A DNA stretch of 19,628 bases from the NCBI GenBank assembly GCA_965369865.1, contig CBDURU010000066.1, positions 1-19,628 of the forward strand, in the 5' to 3' direction. Positions 8,556-16,406 of this stretch are shown here, in pieces. The notes beneath the pieces were generated by a model that was given only the letters and a program-made list of their open reading frames with translations, ran no database searches and was not told the DNA's origin. The position numbers and the translations under genes were made by a program. Each line of letters opens with the position of its first letter. Positions within the stretch are counted from its first letter, which is position 1. The stretch is from an uncultured bacterium (GTDB lineage: Bacteria > JAJVIF01 > JAPKYR01).

Positions 8556-9395
8556 TTAATATACGTGAAGTGATTGGCTTTCGATTACCCTTGAAATCAG
8601 GGAAAGGCCGACCCATGTGAATATAACGCAGATGAATCCAATAAGATTGAACATGCTGGCCTTGATCCCTTTCCATCCGTATGCGATCCGCGTATGGAGG
8701 TACCCGGCGTAAACGAGCCATGTGACAAGCGACGCTGTCTCTTTCGGATCCCAGCCCCAGTAGCGTCCCCAGGCTTCATTCGCCCAGACAGCCCCGAGAA
8801 AAATACACATCCCGAGAAGCGGAAATGCAAACGTAACAAGTTTATAACTTAGCTCGTCGACCTTTTCGTTTCGCTTAATGAGGTAAATAATACTCGCAGC
8901 GGCGGAAATCGCGAATCCAGCATATGCTAGAAAAGCGGTAGCGATGTGTACGTCCAGCCATGGACTTTGAAGGGCCGGAACAAGGTTGATTGCCTCTTTC
9001 GATGTATCGGGCCACTGGATGATGTAAATCAGCGTCATCCCAGTGATGATATTTGCTAACGTGCTCGGAAGGCGGCTCTTTGTAGTGAAATCAGCGATAA
9101 TAGCTACAACCGCCACTGACCATGCACAAAAAAAGTAGGTTTCATATAACTGTACATAAGGTATATGCCCGACATTGATATATCTTATGACCAGCGATAC
9201 TGTCAGCGTGACCGTCGCGAGAATTGTAATTCCAAGTGTAGTGTTACCGATCGCTTTGTTCCTGGTGAACCAGAAAATAATGCTTGTTATGGCAGCGATA
9301 ATAAAAATCAGCGCCGCGACCTGTAATACGCTGAATTCAAGAGCTACCATTCCCATATTCCCGTTACTTACTACAACTTCTACTTCTTCACTCAT
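8556..9395 (-). CDS. ccsA: Cytochrome c biogenesis heme transporter/synthase CcsA/ResC (system II)
   Basis: WWD domain GAVWANEAWGRYWGWDPKET, LVPALQSPWLDVH, GHIP, YLH and the terminal SLHVY His; multiple TM helices. Confidence 0.96.
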   Translation of the reverse strand: MSEEVEVVVSNGNMGMVALEFSVLQVAALIFIIAAITSIIFWFTRNKAIGNTTLGITILATVTLTVSLVIRYINVGHIPYVQLYETYFFCAWSVAVVAIIADFTTKSRLPSTLANIITGMTLIYIIQWPDTSKEAINLVPALQSPWLDVHIATAFLAYAGFAISAAASIIYLIKRNEKVDELSYKLVTFAFPLLGMCIFLGAVWANEAWGRYWGWDPKETASLVTWLVYAGYLHTRIAYGWKGIKASMFNLIGFICVIFTWVGLSLISRVIESQSLHVY

Positions 9396-9658
9396 TGTTA
9401 TTCCTCAAAATATTGACCATCCAACTCATGCCATGGCCGACAAGAGAAGTATTTATAAAGCATTGGATAGAGTAAATCAAGACCTGTAACCATATTTAAA
9501 TATCAGACGGAAGACAATCTGTTATAAGAATCCAAAATTGACATCCGGGTTACCAGGATCATTGACAGCTCATACTATCCAAAATTCAAATGAATTATAC
9601 ATGGTCAGGAAGTAAATTGCTAACCCTGGTTAAGTAAATTTTATTTTTTCAGTAATGT

Positions 9659-9688
9659 AAAAAAAATACCCTCCTTTTTTGGGAGGGC
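9659..9688 (-). terminator. Rho-independent terminator of the fdh operon
   Basis: Minus strand: CCCTCC-CAAAAAA-GGAGGG followed by TA and T8. Confidence 0.75.
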
Positions 9689-9822
9689 TTGATGTATGAG
9701 TGGTCTGGTTTATTTTTACGACTGTCCCATCGCTACTTCGGAATCTTTCATTTCGTGATCAAATATCGGCAGAAACTGTACGATCGCCAGTTTGTACCCG
9801 TCTCCAGGAATCCTGTTATATA

Positions 9823-10647
9823 TTATCGTAGAGCCGGACTCTCAGTTTTTTCTTTTTTCCTGGCCATGAAGGGCATACGTCTATGTGTAATGAAACAGAT
9901 AGTACCCAAGACAACCCCCATGGCAACTGCAAACCCGGGAATCCTGGAAAGCACAGACCAGCCGTAACCACCAGTGTACACCTGTTCGCCAAGATCGGTA
10001 CGGAACCCGAATTCATCCAATGGAATATCATTGGTTGAGAGGAAAAGTACGGTTGTACCACCTACCACATTTTCTCCATAGACCTGGTCCTGGTACCTGT
10101 CAGGTTCCATGGCAATTCGGTAGTGTGCTTCATCCAGTCGATCCTCTCGAGGACCCCAGGTAATTGCATCGGTCAAGCAGGCTTTCGAACAAGCCGGTTC
10201 CTGTCCTTCATAGACCCGGTCATAGCAGAGGTTACATTTATGCATAGTGGCTATGATGCTACCCGCTTCATGCTTCGGGATTCCGAACGGACAAGCCATC
10301 TGGCACATGCGGCATCCGATACAGGCTTCCGCATCGTGAGCAACCGGCCCCTCATCGGTCTTTGTCAAGCTATTCACCGGGCAAACTGAAACACAACTCG
10401 GGGTCTCACAGTGATGGCACATATGGCGACGATAGTACCATTGCTGTGGCATCGATTCCTCCACATCAGGCAGGAATTTATGCTCGATGCGGGTGTAGGT
10501 TTCAGCTTCGAGGACGGGTGGATTATCCCTGGTGTTGGTAAAGTATGTACGACCGTACTCCAGTTCATTCCATTCCTTGCATGCAACCTGGCATGCACGG
10601 CACCCGATGCATTTGGTCAGGTCATTCAGCATTGCGTATGTTGACAT
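9823..10647 (-). CDS. Formate dehydrogenase Fe-S beta subunit (FdnH/HybA-like, four [4Fe-4S] motifs, C-terminal TM anchor)
   Basis: CIGCRACQVAC, CHHC..PSCVSVCP, CIGCRMCQMACP and CNLC...PACSKAC; YGENVVGGT; TM IPGFAVAMGVVLGTICFI; AAGGAG SD. Confidence 0.92.
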   Translation of the reverse strand: MSTYAMLNDLTKCIGCRACQVACKEWNELEYGRTYFTNTRDNPPVLEAETYTRIEHKFLPDVEESMPQQWYYRRHMCHHCETPSCVSVCPVNSLTKTDEGPVAHDAEACIGCRMCQMACPFGIPKHEAGSIIATMHKCNLCYDRVYEGQEPACSKACLTDAITWGPREDRLDEAHYRIAMEPDRYQDQVYGENVVGGTTVLFLSTNDIPLDEFGFRTDLGEQVYTGGYGWSVLSRIPGFAVAMGVVLGTICFITHRRMPFMARKKEKTESPALR

Positions 10648-10699
10648 CTAGCTCTCCTTTTGCATCAGTCACAAAATCATACAGATATTGAAATCATGG

Positions 10700-13600
10700 T
10701 TAAATCTTTTGTATATTACAGAGGAATACCTTATATTCCGGAATCATGGTGTTGCAATCACCGATATTGGATGTAATCTGGTTGGCGGAGTAATTTTGAT
10801 ATTCATCCCCGCCCCATCTGAGGCCTGTATAACCCCAGTGCCAGGGCAGAGCGACAATTTCAGTTTTCACTCCACCGATTATCAGCGCCTGCATACGCCT
10901 TGTTACATTCGCTCTGGCCGGAACCGATCCACGGCCTGAAACAACCCTGACCCAGTCGCCGGCATTGATTCCCCTCTCTAGAGCCAGCTCGGGACTTATT
11001 TCAACATGCATCTCGGGAGCCAACTCGCATAATGGTTCCAGGTTTCTCGACATGGCGCCCGAAAGCCAGTGCTCAATCTGACGGTGGGTGGTCCCAACTA
11101 ACGGGAACTCGCTGCTCCCCGCTTCCGCCCTCTGCTCAACCGCATCGTCCCAGAGGACAATGACCGGATTATCAATTTGTCGGTTTCCCTGCGGGTGTAG
11201 CGGATTTACCCCAAGTGGTGTCTCGAAAGGCTCATAGTGCTCGGGGAACGGTCCGCCTTTGGTTTTCCCTTTCGGGACGAACATGTAACCGTGCTGATCG
11301 TTTGGCATGATGAATGGAGCATTAATCGATTCTTCCGGTGGCGCGGTCTTGGAGAAGTCCGGGACATCATTGAATGTCCATTCTCCATTTGCCTGATCGT
11401 ACCTGACCAGGGCTCTCGTGGGATCCCACGGCTGCCCGTGTTCATCTGCTGAACATCGGTTGTACAACACATGGCGGTTCACCGGCCAGGCATAGGTCCA
11501 GTTCGGGTAAATAAGCAGGCCGGACGGGTCATCGTTTTCATGCCTTTCTGCGTAATTAGTTTCAGCGTTGGGGAAGAAACCGGACATGATCCAGTTCCCG
11601 GAAGCCGTTGTGCCATCTTCCATAAGCTTTGTGAAGTTTTCAACCTGCTCACCGTGCCGTGGCGACATCTCGGTATAATGACCATTGATCTCCATGGCGA
11701 CCTTACGTGCGCTTGGCTCGTGCTCGCCTTCCGCCCTGTAATTCCAGTTGAGTTTAGTAATTGCTTCCTTAACCGGCCCACCCTCTGCCTCGTAGAGTGT
11801 TTTCAGACGCTGGTAAATTTCATCCACGTACCAGAGATCGGCTTTGGCATCTCCAGGAGGATCGACAGCCTTGTATCGCCACTGTATCCAACGCCCGGAA
11901 TTGGTGATGCTTCCCTCTTTTTCGAATGATGCCGCAGCAGGAAAAGAGAAGACCTCGGTCTGGATATCCGCGGGATTGGCGCCCGGTCGTTTCCAGAAGG
12001 AAGAAGTTTCGGTATCCCACAGGTCGAATGTAACCATCCAATCCAGCTTCTCAAGGGCCTCACCGGTGAAGTTACTGTTGGATCCACCAACCATGGGATT
12101 CTGGCCCCAGACGGTCAGGCCTTTAATTACACCGCCGTGCATGGCCTCGAACAGTGCAATCCAGGAATGCCCGTGACCCTGGTACCCAGGTGAACGCTTA
12201 GGAAGGAAATCGAAGCAGAAGTCATTATCCGGGGTAGCATATTCACCCCAGAATGCCTTGAGGAGACTTACGAGGAATTTCGGTTTCTTCGACCAGTATC
12301 CATACTGGGGTGTTTCTTTTTCTATGTATGTCTTCAGGTCAGGATGGCTCGATGCGACCGGGCAGGCCATGTAGCCTGGTATGATATGGAACAGCATCGC
12401 CATATCGGTCGAACCCTGCACATTGCTTTCGCCGCGAAGCGCATTGATCCCACCACCGGCGACACCCATGTTACCAAGCATCAACTGGAGAATTACATAT
12501 GTACGGATATAGGCCACACCAACCGTATGCTGGGTCGAACCCATCGCATACAGGATAGAACCGTTCTTCGATGGTCCCCCGCCTTCCTCGGCGTAAGTCA
12601 TGGCAAGTTGGGTAAATTCATCTACCGGAATACCTGAAATGTCGGAAACAACCTCTGGTGTATAACGCGAATAGTGCCGCTTAAGAAGCTGGAAAACACA
12701 GTTCGGATCCTGCATGGAAGGATCCCGAAGCGCTTTCCCGTCATCGCCGCGCTGGTAGTCCCAGTCACCCGTGTTGTACTTCCGGGAGGCTGAATCATAA
12801 CCGGTAAAGATCCCGGTATTCTCGTTGAAATCAAATCCTTCCTTGACAAGAAACGGACCATCGCTCATCAGTTTTACGTAATCAGTGTGCTGAAGGTTAT
12901 TCTGAAATATGTAATTGATCATTCCACCGATTATCGCAATATCGGTTCCCGGACGGAAGCGAGTGTAGGCGTCCGCGGTACATGCCGACGCCGTGTAGCG
13001 GGGATCAGCGACCAGGAGCTTTGCACCGCGAGTTTCCTGCGCGTGTGTGATCCATTTAAAAGCCATCGGGTGATTCTGCGCGGCGTTGGATCCGATGATG
13101 AAGAAACAGTCACTGTTACCCATGTCGGTCCAGTGGTTTGTCATCGCTCCCCGACCGAAACTTGCCCCAAGTGCGCCTACAGTCGATGAATGGCAAATAC
13201 GCGCCTGGTGCTCGAAGTAGTTGATACCCAGAGCGCGGTTGAACTTATGAATGAGGTAGCACTCTTCATTATCGAGTGCCGCACCTCCAAGCGATGAAAG
13301 TGCTTCAGTGTGGTTTACAGTTACGCCGTTTTCATCAACACTCGTGAAAGTCGAGTCACGTGTATCCTTAATTCGCCGCGCCACCTTGTCAAGAGCATCC
13401 GACATGGAAATCTCCTGCCAGTCGCTGGCACCTGCAGACCGGTATTTCACCGTACGTAGCCTGCGGGGATTCTCGCTTGCGCTGATACTCGCCAGAGCCT
13501 GCCCTTTGGGGCAGAGTGAACCCTTATTGATTGGATGATCAGGGTTACCCTCAGCAGTTATAACGTTGCCGTCTTTTACGTATACATCAATACCGCATCC

Positions 13601-13768
13601 GACAGCGCAGTATGGGCAAACCGTGTAGGTTTTTGTTGCACCCTCAGTCCGCATGACGGGTGCGTCAAGTGTACTCCCCTGGGCAGCCTCCGCCGGGTTG
13701 GCTCCAATAGCCGAACCGACTGCAGTCAGACCAAATAGTTTTAATAAATCGCGACGGGTGAGTTTCAT
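10700..13768 (-). CDS. fdnG: Periplasmic-type Mo/W-bis-PGD formate dehydrogenase alpha subunit (FdnG-like), Cys at the active site
   Basis: Tat signal TRRDLLK...AEA; CPYCAVGC..CPKG [4Fe-4S]; HQARI-C-HSSTV; FGRGAMTNHW; ALRGESNVQG; PEHYEP. The ATG at 13768 has an AAGGTG SD and is preferred over GTG 13777. Confidence 0.95.
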   Translation of the reverse strand: MKLTRRDLLKLFGLTAVGSAIGANPAEAAQGSTLDAPVMRTEGATKTYTVCPYCAVGCGIDVYVKDGNVITAEGNPDHPINKGSLCPKGQALASISASENPRRLRTVKYRSAGASDWQEISMSDALDKVARRIKDTRDSTFTSVDENGVTVNHTEALSSLGGAALDNEECYLIHKFNRALGINYFEHQARICHSSTVGALGASFGRGAMTNHWTDMGNSDCFFIIGSNAAQNHPMAFKWITHAQETRGAKLLVADPRYTASACTADAYTRFRPGTDIAIIGGMINYIFQNNLQHTDYVKLMSDGPFLVKEGFDFNENTGIFTGYDSASRKYNTGDWDYQRGDDGKALRDPSMQDPNCVFQLLKRHYSRYTPEVVSDISGIPVDEFTQLAMTYAEEGGGPSKNGSILYAMGSTQHTVGVAYIRTYVILQLMLGNMGVAGGGINALRGESNVQGSTDMAMLFHIIPGYMACPVASSHPDLKTYIEKETPQYGYWSKKPKFLVSLLKAFWGEYATPDNDFCFDFLPKRSPGYQGHGHSWIALFEAMHGGVIKGLTVWGQNPMVGGSNSNFTGEALEKLDWMVTFDLWDTETSSFWKRPGANPADIQTEVFSFPAAASFEKEGSITNSGRWIQWRYKAVDPPGDAKADLWYVDEIYQRLKTLYEAEGGPVKEAITKLNWNYRAEGEHEPSARKVAMEINGHYTEMSPRHGEQVENFTKLMEDGTTASGNWIMSGFFPNAETNYAERHENDDPSGLLIYPNWTYAWPVNRHVLYNRCSADEHGQPWDPTRALVRYDQANGEWTFNDVPDFSKTAPPEESINAPFIMPNDQHGYMFVPKGKTKGGPFPEHYEPFETPLGVNPLHPQGNRQIDNPVIVLWDDAVEQRAEAGSSEFPLVGTTHRQIEHWLSGAMSRNLEPLCELAPEMHVEISPELALERGINAGDWVRVVSGRGSVPARANVTRRMQALIIGGVKTEIVALPWHWGYTGLRWGGDEYQNYSANQITSNIGDCNTMIPEYKVFLCNIQKI

Positions 13769-13876
13769 TGGTTTCACCTTATCAGCATCAAGATTTTCAA
13801 TGCTTAGGTAATAAAATAAAAGCGACTAATACAACCTGGTTAATAAGCGTTCCCTAAACGTCCTTGGGTTGGAGGG

Positions 13877-13905
13877 ACTATAGCATATATTTATTTGAAT
13901 GTGAA
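13877..13905 (-). promoter_or_regulatory. Putative fdh promoter
   Basis: Minus strand TTCACA-N17-TATAGT with a TGn extension; the -35 is one half of the palindrome at 13899-13916. Confidence 0.6.
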
Positions 13906-13916
13906 TACTTTCACAT
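13899..13916. promoter_or_regulatory. Rex-like (or CRP/FNR-family) operator 1
   Basis: ATGTGAA-TACT-TTCACAT: perfectly palindromic arms matching the Rex consensus TTGTGAA-N4-TTCACAA. Confidence 0.7.
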
Positions 13917-14184
13917 ATTTTCTTAAAATTTTTTTAATGGCTAATTTAACCTCAATCATCGCATCCTATCTCTTACCGACCATAAGCGATCTTACTACAA
14001 AATTTCAGGATTGAAATCCCCTGTCTTTTGGTTTGTAAATGTGCTGTAATACTAGTATTTATGCCGCTTTAAGCAAATTTTAAATTTTAACGACATCAGG
14101 AACAATTGATCTGGATAACCTGGAAATATCCTGTCTGACCTGAAATAACACATTCTTATATGTTGCTGTCGTTATAAGACAAAT

Positions 14185-14202
14185 TTGTGCATAAATTCAC
14201 AA
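14185..14202. promoter_or_regulatory. Rex-like operator 2
   Basis: TTGTGCA-TAAA-TTCACAA, one mismatch from the Rex consensus. Confidence 0.65.
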
Positions 14203-14465
14203 AGTTGTGGATTTTCTAAGTTTCACAGGCGCACGATTCACTCTTGCCACTAATTGGAATTTTAAAAATATGATAGATTTATTAATTCTAATTCAGGAAA
14301 CATTCACTGCTTACGTCTTCTCAGCTCAACCTGAAACTGAAAAAATTTCTACTCGACTCCGGTGCTTATCTCGTTGGATATGCTGATATCTCATCCTTCC
14401 CAACCGATGTCAGTCAGGATTTACCAATTGGAATTTGTATCGGTGCTTCACTCTCTGAAATTCCC

Positions 14466-14489
14466 CCGTGTCGAACATGCTTGTCGACG
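14466..14489. repeat. Solo copy of the palindromic repeat found at 19280-19303 and 19505-19528
   Basis: CCGTGTCGAACATGCTTGTCGACG versus CCGTGTCGAACGTGCTTGTCGACG (23/24 identical). Confidence 0.8.
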
Positions 14490-14526
14490 ATTTACAATAA
14501 ATCCATGCCGTGCAATAATCTATCGC

Positions 14527-15366
14527 GTGACCAGCACACCCACCAATATAATCCTCCTCGGGACCGGGACACCCAACGCCGATCCCGACCGCTCCGGGCC
14601 ATCTGTAGCGATAATCGTCGGTGGCACACCATACCTTATTGATTTCGGACCCGGTGTCGTCCGTCGCGCAGCGGCTGCTTTTAAAAATGGATTTAAAGAG
14701 CTTGACGTTAAAAAATTAAAAATCGCTTTCCTTACTCACCTCCACTCAGACCACACAGCCGGATATCCCGACCTCATTCTCACACCCTGGGTTTTAAACC
14801 GGGATGAGCCACTCGAAGTTTTCGGACCTCCAGGCTTGAGATCAATGACCGATAACATCCTGTCGGCATGGAGGGTCGATATCAGGGAACGTCTTTACGG
14901 CCTGCAGCCATCAAACCCATCAGGCTGCATGGTCAATGTACATGAAATCGAAGAAGGGAAAATTTACGAGGATTCGAATGTCCGTGTTGAAGCCTTCATC
15001 GTAAATCACGGGTCCCTCAGTGCATTTGGATATAAATTCCACACACCGGACAAGATAATCACAATTTCCGGAGACACCGCGCCATCGGATGGTCTTGTTG
15101 AGAAATACCAGCATTCGGATGTCTTAATTCACGAGGTTTATTCGTCAGCGGGATTCGAACGGTATCCGCCCGACTGGCAGAAATATCACTCAAACGTGCA
15201 TACGTCGTCTACAGAACTTGCCCGTATCGCGTCGATTGTAAAACCGGGTCTGTTGATTCTCTATCATCAATTATTCAATGGGGTAACCGGGGAAGAACTG
15301 CTGATGGAAGTGACGGAAGGCTACGACGGAAAGGTCGTGTCAGGAAAGGACCTGGATGTTTTTTAA
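14527..15366 (+). CDS. MBL-fold metallo-hydrolase (RNase Z/AtsA-like family)
   Basis: IILLGTGTP, LIDFG, THLHSDH (HxHxDH), VNHG, SGDT, LIHE, HTS and LYHQ motifs. Family homology begins near GTG 14527; the upstream ORF extension crosses a repeat and a promoter. Confidence 0.88.
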   Translation: MTSTPTNIILLGTGTPNADPDRSGPSVAIIVGGTPYLIDFGPGVVRRAAAAFKNGFKELDVKKLKIAFLTHLHSDHTAGYPDLILTPWVLNRDEPLEVFGPPGLRSMTDNILSAWRVDIRERLYGLQPSNPSGCMVNVHEIEEGKIYEDSNVRVEAFIVNHGSLSAFGYKFHTPDKIITISGDTAPSDGLVEKYQHSDVLIHEVYSSAGFERYPPDWQKYHSNVHTSSTELARIASIVKPGLLILYHQLFNGVTGEELLMEVTEGYDGKVVSGKDLDVF

Positions 15367-15367
15367 T

Positions 15368-16153
15368 TTAACCCTCCTTCTTCCTGCCGACTTTCTTTTT
15401 TGGGGTCTTAAACGATTTCACCATTTTTTCGACTTCGTCCAGTTCGATCCCCGATTCCCTGATTACCTTGATAAGTTCCATTTCTTCAATTGTTAACTTA
15501 CCGGACCGTTTGGCAAAATGGATTTCAAGATATGGTGGAAGCCCGACACCGGTCAGAAAATTACCCACTTCATATTTTGACTTGGACCGTCGAAGGTAAT
15601 CATCAACGTTCTCAACCGCTTTAAGGCTTGCCCTGACCACATCGGTTGCCCTCTGGGTGATAATCACACCCACCTGTCCGAGATCATCAACTGTTTTCTT
15701 CGTCCTCTTTGCCACATGCCTTGCACCGTCACCAACCTTCCTGGCGACAACCGACGCGTCCTCCCCAATTTTTCTCGTTTTATCAACCGTGGTATCGACC
15801 GTTATTTTGACGCTATCGGAAACTTCCTTTGCACGTTTCGCGGCTCTTGAAGTGGTGTCACGTACGTTACGTGTAATTTCGACAGCACTGTCTTTTCCCT
15901 TGACGACCGCCTTTTTAATGTCCTGGATGCGTTCGCGTGCGGATTTTTTCGATGTGTCGGTATCTGTTCCCGCTTCAGGATTTTCACCGTTCGATACATC
16001 AATACCAGACGCTTCCAGTTCAGCATCAAAGACTTCCCGGGCTTCATTTATAGCCTCATCGAGGATATCGGGCGATTCTGCCACCGGGCTGCCGCATTGG
16101 GAACAAAATACCGCTGTGCCCTGGATTTCCGAACCGCACATTTGACAAAACAT
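15368..16153 (-). CDS. Zinc-ribbon domain protein with an amphipathic 11-mer repeat region
   Basis: MFCQMCG...FCSQCG zinc ribbon, acidic linker, K/R/T/V/A-rich helical repeats and a basic tail; GGAG SD; TGtTATACT at 16198-16206. Confidence 0.8.
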   Translation of the reverse strand: MFCQMCGSEIQGTAVFCSQCGSPVAESPDILDEAINEAREVFDAELEASGIDVSNGENPEAGTDTDTSKKSARERIQDIKKAVVKGKDSAVEITRNVRDTTSRAAKRAKEVSDSVKITVDTTVDKTRKIGEDASVVARKVGDGARHVAKRTKKTVDDLGQVGVIITQRATDVVRASLKAVENVDDYLRRSKSKYEVGNFLTGVGLPPYLEIHFAKRSGKLTIEEMELIKVIRESGIELDEVEKMVKSFKTPKKKVGRKKEG

Positions 16154-16406
16154 AAATACATCTCCAGACGTGAATCATTTTATTTTTAATTTGGTAAAGT
16201 ATAACACCATTGACCCGTCGCTGTTCCGCGCAGGCAGGCAGACGAACCATGCGTAGCCTTTCGAGATAACCAGACCACCAGTTTTCAATTTAAAGGAAAT
16301 GTGGTCTTTCCTTTCCGTGTATATATGTTTGCTTAAAAAATATCTAATGGTACAATTTGATTAACACTATTAGGTAGATACACTCATTTAGAAAGAGGAA
16401 CCAGTT

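Noticed and set aside
13778..13876. Moco/Wco riboswitch in the fdh leader
   Set aside because: The leader is short and AT-rich, and I could not see the multi-stem Moco motif; an Rfam scan would settle it.
14106..14119. FNR box TTGAT-CTGG-ATAAC
   Set aside because: The second half-site matches only 3/5 and it is far from the predicted promoter; too weak to call.
14362..14526. N-terminal extension of the MBL hydrolase ORF
   Set aside because: It runs through a repeat unit and the predicted promoter; family homology starts at about TNIILLGTG.
16212..16312. GC-rich patch and short inverted repeats between the divergent zinc-ribbon and lipoprotein genes
   Set aside because: Stems are short (7-8 bp) and single-copy here; cannot be distinguished from chance or a decayed repeat.
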